Assembly: GCA_963931685.1 (NCBI GenBank)
Contig: OZ007038.1
Span: 529,964 to 593,963 of the forward strand
Source: an uncultured Bacilli bacterium
Lineage (GTDB): Bacteria; Bacillota_I; Bacilli_A; RF39; UBA660
Length of the DNA: 64,000 nt
Direction: 5' to 3'
Every line of letters starts with the position of its first letter. Position 1 is the stretch's first letter. The position numbers and the translations under genes are program-made. Under the pieces are notes generated by a model. That model saw only the letters and a program-made list of their open reading frames with translations. It was not told where the DNA came from and made no database searches. This document shows positions 29,193 through 39,630 of the stretch, piece by piece.

Positions 29193-29867
29193 TTGACATT
29201 ATATTTCATCTTTGTTATTTTGTATATAGGTGATGTAATAATGAAATATTTAAGAAATAAATATATTAATTTAAATACAAAAATTAATATTATAGAAAAT
29301 AATAATTATATAAAAGTTAGTACATATCAAGACTTAAATTTATTAAGAACTACCGTTAGAAATACCCTAAATTTAAATAGAGGAATAATTGTTAATAATG
29401 CTACTGGAATATGTGCTAAAATAACTAAAGAAACAGTTAATAAGATTATTTTTCCAAAATCTAAATTTAATTTTTTTAACAAGAGATATATTGATAATTT
29501 AAATGCAGCAGTATATTTAGATTGTTTGTTCAATAATGCCATTTATATTGATACTTTAATACCAATGAAAGATAAAAGACAAAGTGTAACAGAGAAGGGC
29601 TATCATCATTTTGTTGCTCCTTTAAAAATGAATAATTATTGTTATAAAGCATATATTACTGTAAAAGAAAAACATAATTCAAATATTCTATATGTTGTTT
29701 CAGTTATATTATTTCAATTTGATTATTCACAAAAGAGTATTATTGCTAAAGATTTAATTGACAATACAAGTATTTGGAATTATGATTTAAATGGATATAA
29801 TTACTATAGTTATGCTGACTTTATTGCTGAAAGTTTTGATTATGATTATGTGTGGTTAGTAAGTTAA
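29193..29867 (+). CDS. Hypothetical protein with no recognisable domain (a likely alternative start is 29241, MKYLRNKY)
   Basis: An ORF of 224 aa that sits between the autolysin and the convergent PASTA gene. Confidence 0.3.
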   Translation: MTLYFIFVILYIGDVIMKYLRNKYINLNTKINIIENNNYIKVSTYQDLNLLRTTVRNTLNLNRGIIVNNATGICAKITKETVNKIIFPKSKFNFFNKRYIDNLNAAVYLDCLFNNAIYIDTLIPMKDKRQSVTEKGYHHFVAPLKMNNYCYKAYITVKEKHNSNILYVVSVILFQFDYSQKSIIAKDLIDNTSIWNYDLNGYNYYSYADFIAESFDYDYVWLVS

Positions 29868-29980
29868 ATGTACGAAAAAAGAGAGCCCATACGCAAGCAC
29901 TCAGCTTCCATATTTTGTGGAATCTCTCTTTTTCTTTTACATTTTATCACTTATTTTTTTTTGTGTCAATTAGTTAAGCA

Positions 29981-32032
29981 TTATTTTGCTATTATGAATT
30001 CAACACTTCCTGGGCAAGAAACATTTCCACCCTTAAATCCATCAACATATGATCCAGAACTTGCACCTGAAGTTGAATCAGGAACTGGAACTACTTTTAT
30101 ACCAGGATATTTATCAGCAAAATATTTCTCTAGTTTTTTTACTGCATCAGCATAATTTTCAGCATTATTAAATATATCGTTTAGTGGTCTTATGCTTATA
30201 TTGTAATTAGAAGCTTTACATTGATTTGTAGTTGTATTTCCACCTGAACTTCCACCTGATGAACCAGAATTGTTTGATGAACTATTGCTTGATGAGTTAG
30301 AAGATGAACTAGAGCTTGATGTTTTATTTGAATTGCTATTTGTCTTTTTATCGGTAGCAATAGTTATAGTAATTGTATCTCCTTTTGAAATTTGTGTTCC
30401 TTCTGCAATGCTTTGATTAATAACTTTTCCTGATGATTTTGTAGAATATTCTTCTTTGAATGTACAACTAATACCTAAATTATCGCATTCTTTTTTAGCT
30501 TCAGATTTAGTCATTCCATTAAAGTTTGGAACAGTTACAGCAGTTCCTTTAGAAACATATACAGTAAGGGTTTCTTCTAAATTTATATTTGCTCCTTCTT
30601 CAATAGAAGTTTTAATAATTTGATTTTTTTCAAATTCATTATTAAATTCTTCTTTTATTTCATATTTGATACCATTTGTATCAGCCCAACTTTTAAAATC
30701 ATTTATATTATCGAATTTTTTCATAACAAGTGGACCTTTAGAGAAGATAACATCAACAGTTGTTCCTTCTTCAATTATATCTCCTTTTTTATAATTACTT
30801 TCAATTACACGGCCAGATTTAATTTCGTTATCATATTTATCTGAATAATTGATTTGTAAATTATTTTCAACCATCCATTTTGTAACATAAGCCATTGTTT
30901 TATTTTTTAAATCGGGAACTTTTATTTCTTTACCTTTAGAAATTGTTAAAGTAACTGTTTCATCTGGATTTACAGTTGTTCTTTTTTTAGGGGTGCTACT
31001 GATTACATGATCTTTTTCTATATTGTCTGAAAATTCATATTTTAATTCATATAAAATTCCATTACGGCCTAAATAAACTTCGGCATTTAATAAACTTTCG
31101 TTTTTTAAATCTTTTAATTTAATAGGGGATAGAGCAGCTTTATCTCCTAAAGATACTGTAAATATAATTGGATCATTTCTTTTTATTGTTCCAGTTTTAT
31201 TTTGTGATATTATTGTATCTTTTTTAACGCTTGTATTTTCTTCAAAGTTAATAGTAACACTATTTAAGAAATTTTCATTAATAAAATTTAAAACATCATC
31301 GACATTCCATCCTGTCATATCAGCTAGAATTACATCTTTATTATAATCTGGACCATTTGAGACAACAAATTCAACATTGTCAATATTTTTAGTTAAAGTT
31401 TCTGGTTTTTTACTTTGACTTATTACACTATATTTTTGAGTAGTATCACTATATTCAAAATTTTGATTTGTTTTAACATTATTCTCTTCAGTCCAGTTAA
31501 TGGCTTTGGTTAAATTTTTACTTTCAAAGTCAGGTAAGTAACTTTGTTTTGGAAGCGTTAATACATCTGTCATGTATAAGCCATTGAAAGCTATGGTTCC
31601 TATAACTAATATGGAAGTTATAGCTGTTGCGAGAGATTTATTTTTGAAGAATGATTTTTTAAAACTTACTAAGAATGAAGTAACAATCATTAAGATTAAA
31701 AAAGCGTTTATTATTTGGTATATTTGGTCAATTCTATTTGTAGAGTCTAATATTAGGAAAACGAATAGGGCAATAGCTGCCACGTAGGTAATTGATAAAA
31801 ATATATTAGCTGCTTTTGGTTTTTTTATTTCATTTGTGATGTTTTCATTTTTTGTTTTCCTTTGTTTTTTATATACGTTTTTGTCTTCATCAAATAAAAT
31901 GTTTTTTAATTCTTTTCTTTTTTCTTCAAGGTCTTTTTCTTTTTCTAATTGTTTATTTTTTAATTCTTCTTCAAACTTTTTTCTTTCGGTTCTAGAAGTA
32001 TATGATGTATTATTAAAATCTTTATTTTCCAT
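29981..32032 (-). CDS. Membrane protein with a charged, coiled-coil-like cytoplasmic N-terminus, about three TM helices, about six extracellular PASTA repeats, a Ser-rich linker and a small Cys-containing C-terminal domain. It has no kinase or transpeptidase domain.
   Basis: PASTA-like repeats ending ...VSNG, ...VSLG, ...ISKG, ...FSKG and ...VSKG, e.g. VTVPNFNGMTKSEAKKECDNLGIS. TM helices IFLSITYVAAIALFVFLIL and LILMIVTSFLVSF. Low-complexity linker SSSSSSSNSSSNSSSNNSGSSGGSSGG. Confidence 0.55.
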   Translation of the reverse strand: MENKDFNNTSYTSRTERKKFEEELKNKQLEKEKDLEEKRKELKNILFDEDKNVYKKQRKTKNENITNEIKKPKAANIFLSITYVAAIALFVFLILDSTNRIDQIYQIINAFLILMIVTSFLVSFKKSFFKNKSLATAITSILVIGTIAFNGLYMTDVLTLPKQSYLPDFESKNLTKAINWTEENNVKTNQNFEYSDTTQKYSVISQSKKPETLTKNIDNVEFVVSNGPDYNKDVILADMTGWNVDDVLNFINENFLNSVTINFEENTSVKKDTIISQNKTGTIKRNDPIIFTVSLGDKAALSPIKLKDLKNESLLNAEVYLGRNGILYELKYEFSDNIEKDHVISSTPKKRTTVNPDETVTLTISKGKEIKVPDLKNKTMAYVTKWMVENNLQINYSDKYDNEIKSGRVIESNYKKGDIIEEGTTVDVIFSKGPLVMKKFDNINDFKSWADTNGIKYEIKEEFNNEFEKNQIIKTSIEEGANINLEETLTVYVSKGTAVTVPNFNGMTKSEAKKECDNLGISCTFKEEYSTKSSGKVINQSIAEGTQISKGDTITITIATDKKTNSNSNKTSSSSSSSNSSSNSSSNNSGSSGGSSGGNTTTNQCKASNYNISIRPLNDIFNNAENYADAVKKLEKYFADKYPGIKVVPVPDSTSGASSGSYVDGFKGGNVSCPGSVEFIIAK

Positions 32033-32147
32033 GTTATCACCTATAATAATTATACATTAAAAGGTAAATAAATAATATATTATAAAGTGTTTTTGATTTT
32101 TATTTTACTTATACTTTACAAAAGAAAAAAGAAGGCAAAACGCATTC

Positions 32148-32795
32148 TTAGTTTAAATGATTTTTAATTAAACTCATAGTTTTATTTCTATTATTAATGC
32201 TTGTTAATGGATTGTGTAGTTTTGAATTAATAACTTCAATTTTTACATTATTTTTTCTATTGGCTAAGCGGTGAAGATATTCCACTGGTATAAAAATATC
32301 ATCTTTAGAATAAATAATTAAAATTGGAACATTAATTCTTTCAAGAGCTAATGTAGCCCATGGTTTGGTTCTATTAAATAAAATGATAGATTTAGCGGTT
32401 TCTCTACTAATTTTTTTACTTTTTTCTCCAAAAGGTCTTTGTATAGAAGGATGAGTTTTTGTTTCTCCAATTATTCTTTTTTCTTTTTTAGAATATTCTC
32501 CAAATTCTGGTGAAATTAAAATTACTTTTTTAATTTTAGAAGATTTTTCTGCATTTAATATTCCTAAATTACATCCCATAGAGTGACAAATAATGTTTAC
32601 ATCTTGGCCTATAGGGTTGCTTCTTCTAACCTCATCATCAATAGCTGCATTTAATTTTTCTTTTGAAAAAAGAGGTAGACCTTCGTAACTATAAAATACA
32701 TTTGTAAATCTTAAATCTTTTTCTTTAAACGTACTTCTAATTTTGTCTAACTCTTGATTATCAGTAGATAATCCTTTGAAATATAAATTGTTCAT
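32148..32795 (-). CDS. Alpha/beta-hydrolase fold esterase/lipase
   Basis: The GxSxG nucleophile elbow CHSMG sits in a ~215-aa protein. Confidence 0.55.
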   Translation of the reverse strand: MNNLYFKGLSTDNQELDKIRSTFKEKDLRFTNVFYSYEGLPLFSKEKLNAAIDDEVRRSNPIGQDVNIICHSMGCNLGILNAEKSSKIKKVILISPEFGEYSKKEKRIIGETKTHPSIQRPFGEKSKKISRETAKSIILFNRTKPWATLALERINVPILIIYSKDDIFIPVEYLHRLANRKNNVKIEVINSKLHNPLTSINNRNKTMSLIKNHLN

Positions 32796-32963
32796 AATAT
32801 CATTTCCTTTCTGGTTATTTCATTATAACACATATATGATATTATGAATAAAAATATATAATTATTAAAAACTAATTATTGAAAAATATGATTTAAAGAA
32901 CTATTGTATATATTTTTCCATTCTGTTATACTTATTTTGTAAGATTTAATTTGGAGGTAAACT

Positions 32964-33902
32964 ATGAAAAAAATATCATTGGTTGTTCCTTGTTATAATG
33001 AACAGGAAGTAATTAAATTATTTTATGCAGAAATTCAAAAAATTAAAAAGGATTTTAACAATGTAACATTCGAAATTATTTTTGTCAATGATGGTTCTAA
33101 AGATAAAACATTAGAATTAATGAGAGAATTATCTAAAAACGATGATGTAAGATATGTTTCTTTTTCACGTAATTTTGGAAAAGAAGCAGCAATGTATGCT
33201 GGGCTTGAAGCATCAACAGGTGATTATGTTGCTATTATGGATGCGGATTTACAAGATCCCCCAGCGCTTCTGAAAGAAATGTATGAGATTTTGGAATCTA
33301 AAGAGTATGACAGTGTGGCAACTAGAAGAGTAACTCGTAAGGGAGAACCGGTAATCAGAAGCTTTTTTGCGAGACTTTATTATAAGATTATAAATAAAAT
33401 TTCTAAAACAGAAATAGTTGATGGTGCAAGAGATTTTAGATTAATGACTAAACAAATGGTTAATTCAGTATTATCTTTAAAAGAATATAATAGATTTTCT
33501 AAAGGTATTTTTTCTTGGGTAGGGTATAGAACAAAATGGCTTGAATATGAAAATGTTGAAAGAGCAGCAGGCGAGACAAAGTGGTCTTTTTGGAAATTGT
33601 TTTTGTACTCTTTAGAAAGTATTGTAGCTTTTTCTACTGTACCACTTTCAATAGCTTCAGTTATGGGAATATTATTTTGTTTTGTAGCTTTTATTATAAT
33701 AATTTTTATAATTGTAAGAACACTTATGTTTGGTGATCCAACAAGTGGATGGCCAAGTATGGTTTGTATTATGTTTTTCATAGGTGGTGTTCAATTACTA
33801 TGCCTTGGAATCATGGGTCAATACTTATCAAAAACATATTTGGAAGTAAAGAAAAGACCAATTTATATTGTAGCTGAAACTGAAAAAGATAAAATAGATT
33901 AA
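32964..33902 (+). CDS. GT2 polyprenyl-phosphate glycosyltransferase (GtrB/CsbB/DPM1-like)
   Basis: VVPCYNEQEVI, FVNDGSKDKT, FSRNFGKEAAMYAGL and DADLQDPP, with two C-terminal TM helices. Confidence 0.8.
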   Translation: MKKISLVVPCYNEQEVIKLFYAEIQKIKKDFNNVTFEIIFVNDGSKDKTLELMRELSKNDDVRYVSFSRNFGKEAAMYAGLEASTGDYVAIMDADLQDPPALLKEMYEILESKEYDSVATRRVTRKGEPVIRSFFARLYYKIINKISKTEIVDGARDFRLMTKQMVNSVLSLKEYNRFSKGIFSWVGYRTKWLEYENVERAAGETKWSFWKLFLYSLESIVAFSTVPLSIASVMGILFCFVAFIIIIFIIVRTLMFGDPTSGWPSMVCIMFFIGGVQLLCLGIMGQYLSKTYLEVKKRPIYIVAETEKDKID

Positions 33903-33984
33903 TAGTGCTTTTATTAACACAATTGATAAAGAATATCAATTGTGTTATAATTTTTATGGTTTATTTTAAGCTAGAGGTGATGTT

Positions 33985-35511
33985 ATGCGAACAAAAAAAT
34001 CTATTATAAATGCTATTGTGGCAACCTTAGCAAGTGCTGTTGGCATGGTTTTAGGATTTATTACACAAAAAGTTTTTTTGGAATGTTTGGGTTTAGAATA
34101 TTCTGGAGCTAATGGACTTTTTACTAATATAATGTCAATGCTTAGTATTGTAGAACTTGGTATTGGTAGTGCGATTGTTTATAATTTATATAAACCGATT
34201 GCAGAAGATAACAAGGATCAAATTATATCTTTGATGTATTTTTATAGAAAATGTTACCGTATTTTAGCGGCTGTAATATTTGTACTTGGATTGATAGTTC
34301 TTCCGTTTGTACCACTTTTTGTTGGAGAAAATTCAATTAAAGAAAGTATGTATTTGCTTTATTTTTTAGCTTTGATTGATACAGTATTTTCATATTTACT
34401 TTCTTATAAACGGTCTATTTTAATGGCGAATCAAGAGAATTATATAGTTAACCTTGTTCATATGGGTTATTTAATTTTCATGAATCTATTTGAAATTGGC
34501 TTGTTATTTATAACTAAGAACTATATATTATATTTGGTATCTAGAATTATATTTAGAGTTTTAGAAAACCTAATAATTACTTTGATTGCAAATAAGAAGT
34601 ATCCTTATATTAATAGTAAAAATTATGAGAAGCTTAGTAAGGAAATTCAAACAGATATATTTACTAAAGTGAAAGGCTTATTTTTTCATAAAATTGGAGG
34701 TTTTATTGTAGGAAGTACTTCTTATATTGTAATTTCAACTATTCGTGGATTAAAAGATGCGGGTATTTATAATAATTATTATTTAATTTTTAATTCTATT
34801 TCTATTTTACTTTCACAAATATTTTATTCAATTGTATCAAGCGTTGGTAATTTACTTGTTAATGAAGATGAAGAGAAGAGTTATGTTGTATATGAGAAGT
34901 TAACGTTATTTAATTTCTGGATTTATGCTTTATGTTCAGTTGGGTTATTTGCAGTATTACAACCTTTTATTACATGGTGGATTGGAGAAAAATATTTATT
35001 GCCAGTATATGCTGTTATTTGGCTTGCTGTTTATTTTTATGTTCAAGGTATGCGTAAAACTATTAATTTGTTTAAGGAAGCTGCAGGAATTTTTTACGAA
35101 GATAGAAGAATTCCAGTTTTAGAATCTATTATTAATTTGGTATGTGCCATTATATGTGTTCATTTCTTTGGAATTGCCGGTGTATTTATGGCTGGAGTTA
35201 TTAGTTCATTATTACTATTTTTATATAGTTATCCAAAGTATGTATATACTAAGTTATTTAAAAGAAAATATATGGATTTTATATTAGAACAACTTAAATT
35301 ATTTGTGATAATGATTGTAATGTTAGGTGCAACTTATGCTTTAATTAGTTTAGTAAGTGTTGGAAATCCATTATTACAATTTATTGTAAATGGTATCTTT
35401 GTTTTAATCGTTGTTAATTTGATTTTTTGGATTTTATTTAGAAAAACTGATGAGTATAACTATTTTAAATGGTTATTAAGTAGCTTTTTTAAAAAGGCAA
35501 AAAAGAGTTAA
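33985..35511 (+). CDS. MOP-superfamily polysaccharide flippase (Wzx-like)
   Basis: A 508-aa protein with about 12-14 TM helices and a flippase-like N-terminus. Confidence 0.6.
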   Translation: MRTKKSIINAIVATLASAVGMVLGFITQKVFLECLGLEYSGANGLFTNIMSMLSIVELGIGSAIVYNLYKPIAEDNKDQIISLMYFYRKCYRILAAVIFVLGLIVLPFVPLFVGENSIKESMYLLYFLALIDTVFSYLLSYKRSILMANQENYIVNLVHMGYLIFMNLFEIGLLFITKNYILYLVSRIIFRVLENLIITLIANKKYPYINSKNYEKLSKEIQTDIFTKVKGLFFHKIGGFIVGSTSYIVISTIRGLKDAGIYNNYYLIFNSISILLSQIFYSIVSSVGNLLVNEDEEKSYVVYEKLTLFNFWIYALCSVGLFAVLQPFITWWIGEKYLLPVYAVIWLAVYFYVQGMRKTINLFKEAAGIFYEDRRIPVLESIINLVCAIICVHFFGIAGVFMAGVISSLLLFLYSYPKYVYTKLFKRKYMDFILEQLKLFVIMIVMLGATYALISLVSVGNPLLQFIVNGIFVLIVVNLIFWILFRKTDEYNYFKWLLSSFFKKAKKS

Positions 35512-35541
35512 TATTATATTTGATGGTGAGGGAAAATTAGT

Positions 35542-36273
35542 ATGAAAAGAAAAGATTGTTTATATATTGTTATACCAGCTTATAATGAAGAAGAAAATAT
35601 TACTGATGTCATTAATGGTTGGTATCCTGTAGTAGAAAAATATGGTTCAAAAAAATCAAAATTAGTTATTTTGAATGATGGCAGTAAGGATAATACTTCA
35701 AAGGTGGTAAAAGAGCTAAAGAAAAGTAGACCTTTACTAGAAGTTGTGGATAAGGAAAATTCTGGTCATGGATCAACTGTATTATATGGTTATAGATATG
35801 CACTTGATAATGGAGCAGATTATATTTTTCAAACTGATTCTGATGGTCAGACTTTACCTAGTGAGTTTAAAAACTTTTGGAAACTTAGAAATGATTATGA
35901 TATGGTTATTGGTCACCGTAATAAGAGAGAAGATGGAATTTCAAGAGTGTTTGTAACAAAAGTATTAAAGCTTGTTATTAAAGTAGCATTTAAAGAAAGT
36001 GTTGTTGATGCCAATACTCCTTTTAGGCTAATGAATAGAGTATCACTTGAAGATTGCATACAATTAATACCTGATGACTTCAATTTATCTAATGTAATTT
36101 TATCAGTTGTTTATCAGAAAAAGAATTATAAAGTGAAATATCTTCCGGTTACTTTTAGACCTAGACAGGGTGGAGTAAATTCAATTAATTTAAAGAAAAT
36201 TAGTGGTATTGGTAAGAAGGCATTAAAGGATTTTAAAAATATTAATAATAGTTTTAAAGAGGCGGGTTTATAA
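35542..36273 (+). CDS. GT2 glycosyltransferase (DPM1/GtrB-like soluble type)
   Basis: IVIPAYNEEENI, LNDGSKDNT and QTDSDGQ. Confidence 0.7.
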   Translation: MKRKDCLYIVIPAYNEEENITDVINGWYPVVEKYGSKKSKLVILNDGSKDNTSKVVKELKKSRPLLEVVDKENSGHGSTVLYGYRYALDNGADYIFQTDSDGQTLPSEFKNFWKLRNDYDMVIGHRNKREDGISRVFVTKVLKLVIKVAFKESVVDANTPFRLMNRVSLEDCIQLIPDDFNLSNVILSVVYQKKNYKVKYLPVTFRPRQGGVNSINLKKISGIGKKALKDFKNINNSFKEAGL

Positions 36274-37784
36274 TGAGGATAAACCGCAATAACATACTAG
36301 TTCTATTTTGTTTATTATTTATTACATTTTTGATATGTATGTTAAGTCCTCTAGATATTTTTACTTTTAATGCCGCTTCTTGGATAGATTCTAGTGTTTT
36401 TAAGTATATTGGATGGCAAATGGCTGAGGGTCAAATTCCATATTTGGATATGTTTGATCATAAAGGATTATTAATTTATTTTATAAATTATATTGGTTAT
36501 ATAATTTCACCACATAGAGGTGTGTGGTTTATTGAATTTATATTTATGTTTATTACTGTACTTTTTGCATATAAAATAGCACGTAAGTTTGCATCGAAAC
36601 CTATTTCTATGCTTATAGTTTTAATTGCTTTGGCGCCTATTTATGATTATTTTGAAGGTGGTAATTTTACTGAAGAATATGCACTTCCTTTTCAAATGAT
36701 AGCTTTGTATATATTTATTGATTTTTTTAAAAATCCTTATAAATATATGAGTAGGGGAGATAATTATAAATCTAAGGTTAATTTTAAATTTTTTAACATT
36801 TTAGTTTTTATTAATGGCATTTGTATGGGATGCGTATTATTTTTGAGACCTAATATGATTTCTATTTGGATTGTATTTTGTTTAATGGTTTTAATATATT
36901 GTATTTTGAAAAAATATTATTTAGAATTACTAAAGTTTTTTATATCCTTTTTTACAGGATTATTAATCGTAATAATTCCAATGATTATTTATCTTGTTTT
37001 AAATGGTGCGTTTATGGCTTTTATAGATGATTATATTTTATTTAATATGATGTATGCGACAGATAGAAAAATATCTTTTATAATGGATGTTTTTTCTGAG
37101 TTTTTTACAACGCCTATAATTATTTTTTCTTTTGTTGTTATTTGCAGTAAAATTTATTTACAGATAAAAAACAAAGAAAACTTTTATTTTAATGTTGGTT
37201 ATTTGATATATATGTTTTTAACTGTTGTATTAATTTCGATGTCTGGTAGAATGTATAATCATTATGCGATGACTTTACTTCCAATGCTTATATATCCAAT
37301 TTCTCTTTTATTTGTTTATTTTAACAAAATAAAATTAAAGGATGAATTTATGACAATGATCGTGGTTATTTTAATTACAGTATTTGTGACTCCAACTTGG
37401 TCTAAATTACTTTTTAATAGTATAGTTGATATTGTTGATAAAGATGAACCATATACTAATAGAACTATAGAATATGTTAAGGCTAATACCGATGAAGATG
37501 ATAAGATATCTGTTTGGGGTAATAACAATGTTATTTATAATTTTACTAAACGTAGTTCTGTTTCAAAATATTCATATCAATTTTCAATTATTGCAATGTC
37601 AGAGAAAATTGAAAAAGAGTATTTTGCTGATTTGAAAAAAAATAAGCCGAAGATTATTGTTGATGGACAGCCTTTAGACGAATATCCAGATCTAGCTGAA
37701 AAGTGGTCAAAATTTTTAAAAGATAATAATTATGAATTAGTTTTTGAAGATTCATATACAGTTTATGAAAGAAAAGATAAATAA
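36273..37784 (+). CDS. Integral-membrane GT-C-fold glycosyltransferase-like protein (ArnT/PMT-like topology)
   Basis: A 503-aa protein with more than 10 TM helices and a C-terminal soluble region. It lies adjacent to the GtrB-like GT2 and the flippase. Confidence 0.45.
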   Translation: MRINRNNILVLFCLLFITFLICMLSPLDIFTFNAASWIDSSVFKYIGWQMAEGQIPYLDMFDHKGLLIYFINYIGYIISPHRGVWFIEFIFMFITVLFAYKIARKFASKPISMLIVLIALAPIYDYFEGGNFTEEYALPFQMIALYIFIDFFKNPYKYMSRGDNYKSKVNFKFFNILVFINGICMGCVLFLRPNMISIWIVFCLMVLIYCILKKYYLELLKFFISFFTGLLIVIIPMIIYLVLNGAFMAFIDDYILFNMMYATDRKISFIMDVFSEFFTTPIIIFSFVVICSKIYLQIKNKENFYFNVGYLIYMFLTVVLISMSGRMYNHYAMTLLPMLIYPISLLFVYFNKIKLKDEFMTMIVVILITVFVTPTWSKLLFNSIVDIVDKDEPYTNRTIEYVKANTDEDDKISVWGNNNVIYNFTKRSSVSKYSYQFSIIAMSEKIEKEYFADLKKNKPKIIVDGQPLDEYPDLAEKWSKFLKDNNYELVFEDSYTVYERKDK

Positions 37785-37802
37785 CGTCTAGTTTGTGCTA
37801 AC

Positions 37803-39479
37803 CTAGACGTTTTCTTTTGATTCATAATAATTTCTTCCTATATAAAGTGGAGTTTCATTTTTTACTTTTTCTTTTGTTTTAAATTTTATATTATGGTCTA
37901 TTAAATTAAATTGTACTCCAGTAAATCCACCTTTTTTAAGTGTGATTGTTTGGTTTTCTAGTTTTTCTAAGTTCATTCTTGTTTGTCCGCTAACTGGAAT
38001 TTTAGTTTTGACCATTTGTTTAAAAATAAGAGCTGAATTGAAAGCACATAGAAGTAATAAAATGCTTGCTAGTGCGTATAATTTTTTGTTTTGTGATGTT
38101 AGTAAAATAAATAGTGCCATTAAAACTATAAAATATGTTTGAGGTGAATATCTGGCCCACCAACTTTCACCAAAGAAAAAGATTAATAATATTGTTATTA
38201 TAAAAGGTATTCCTATAAAAATTAATTTTTCGTACTCTTTGTTTTTCATTTTAAAAATTATATATACAATTATGACTATAATTGAAATGATAAGGATCCC
38301 ACTGAAATAAATACCAAATCCACCAACTCTAGTATCTTCTACTATAGAGAGTAATTCACTGTTCATATTACTTGTAAATGGTATTTTTAATTTTGGAGTT
38401 CCTTCATTAAAAGTTGTGGCGTAGTTAGCTGTATAACTAAATATTGAATAGAAGTTTTTTTCGATTGGTGATTTACCTGCAAATAATTTAGGTTGTTGAG
38501 GAGTTATAATATCAACTTTGTCTTTACCAATAATTGGATATAGTGGATTACCTTTAGTAATTAAATTTTTTACATATGAGTTACTTCCCACAATTAGTAA
38601 GGAAATAATTAAAACGATTGAAAAAGAAATCGTTGTTTTTATCAATGGTTTGTAGTCTTTGTTTTTTATTTTCTTTACTAAGTAGTATATATAGTATCCA
38701 AGACAGAAGATACCAGCATAGAATAAACCTGTATATTTTATATTACTAATTATAATTATCAGGGAGGCACTCATTAAAAAGTATTCTTTATTTTGGTCAT
38801 CTTTGATAAATAAATAGAAATATATAATTAGTAATAGAAGAATAATTCCCATAAATCCATCGAGGTATAGACAGAAAATTTGCTGCCAAATTATTGGGAA
38901 CGTACATGCTCCAATAGCGAGCATTATAGCTATTAATTTTTTTTGATAAAATTTATTGATTAGATATGTAATTATAAAAAATAGGGTAAATACAGCCATT
39001 AAGTTAAATGATTTAGCTGTTTCAATATTGTTTGTTAATTTGTAGACATTCGCGCCATAAATCCATGTTGCTTTTGGATAATGTTCTGCCCAAGTATTTT
39101 CTTCAGCATCTAAATTTATCTTTTCTATGATTTCTTCTTGTGAATCATATATTGGATTCCATCCGTTTTTAAGTAATCCTATAGCAAATTTATGATATCC
39201 ATTACCATCGGCTGAATCATCATATACATGTCCACATAGTAAACAAGAGACTGTAAAAATTAATATAAAAGTAATTAAGGAAATAACAATTGTTTTTATG
39301 CTTTCATTTCTAATTAATTTTAATTCAATTGTTGCTAAAATTAAACTTATAGGTAAATGTAATATTGAAATTGGAATATTAATTAAGAATAGTGTTGATG
39401 TTAGAACAAGTGAGTTGGCAAACATTAATATGAATAGTAATGCAACATTATAAAAATTATTAAGTATTTTGTTTATCAT
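37803..39479 (-). CDS. Polytopic membrane protein, possibly a GT-C-like glycosyltransferase or polymerase
   Basis: A 558-aa protein with more than 12 TM helices. A loop containing DDSADGNGYH lies between the N-terminal helices. Confidence 0.35.
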   Translation of the reverse strand: MINKILNNFYNVALLFILMFANSLVLTSTLFLINIPISILHLPISLILATIELKLIRNESIKTIVISLITFILIFTVSCLLCGHVYDDSADGNGYHKFAIGLLKNGWNPIYDSQEEIIEKINLDAEENTWAEHYPKATWIYGANVYKLTNNIETAKSFNLMAVFTLFFIITYLINKFYQKKLIAIMLAIGACTFPIIWQQIFCLYLDGFMGIILLLLIIYFYLFIKDDQNKEYFLMSASLIIIISNIKYTGLFYAGIFCLGYYIYYLVKKIKNKDYKPLIKTTISFSIVLIISLLIVGSNSYVKNLITKGNPLYPIIGKDKVDIITPQQPKLFAGKSPIEKNFYSIFSYTANYATTFNEGTPKLKIPFTSNMNSELLSIVEDTRVGGFGIYFSGILIISIIVIIVYIIFKMKNKEYEKLIFIGIPFIITILLIFFFGESWWARYSPQTYFIVLMALFILLTSQNKKLYALASILLLLCAFNSALIFKQMVKTKIPVSGQTRMNLEKLENQTITLKKGGFTGVQFNLIDHNIKFKTKEKVKNETPLYIGRNYYESKENV

Positions 39480-39630
39480 ATGTATCTTTATCCTTTCTAA
39501 TTAATCTTTATTTTATTATAACACATTTATTTCACATTGATATATTGTATAGTGTTGAATTTGTATTTTATCATTTTCTTGTGAGTGATGAAAATATTTG
39601 ATATAATATGTTTGTAGATTGGGAGGATAA

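Noticed and set aside
33380-33781. 133-aa minus-strand ORF inside the GtrB-like GT2 gene, and similar antisense ORFs (37316-37528, 41270-41485, 45527-45730, 49761-49946, 50967-51221)
   Set aside because: All are antisense or alternative-frame ORFs within well-supported glycosyltransferase or membrane-protein genes. They have low-complexity products and no RBS.
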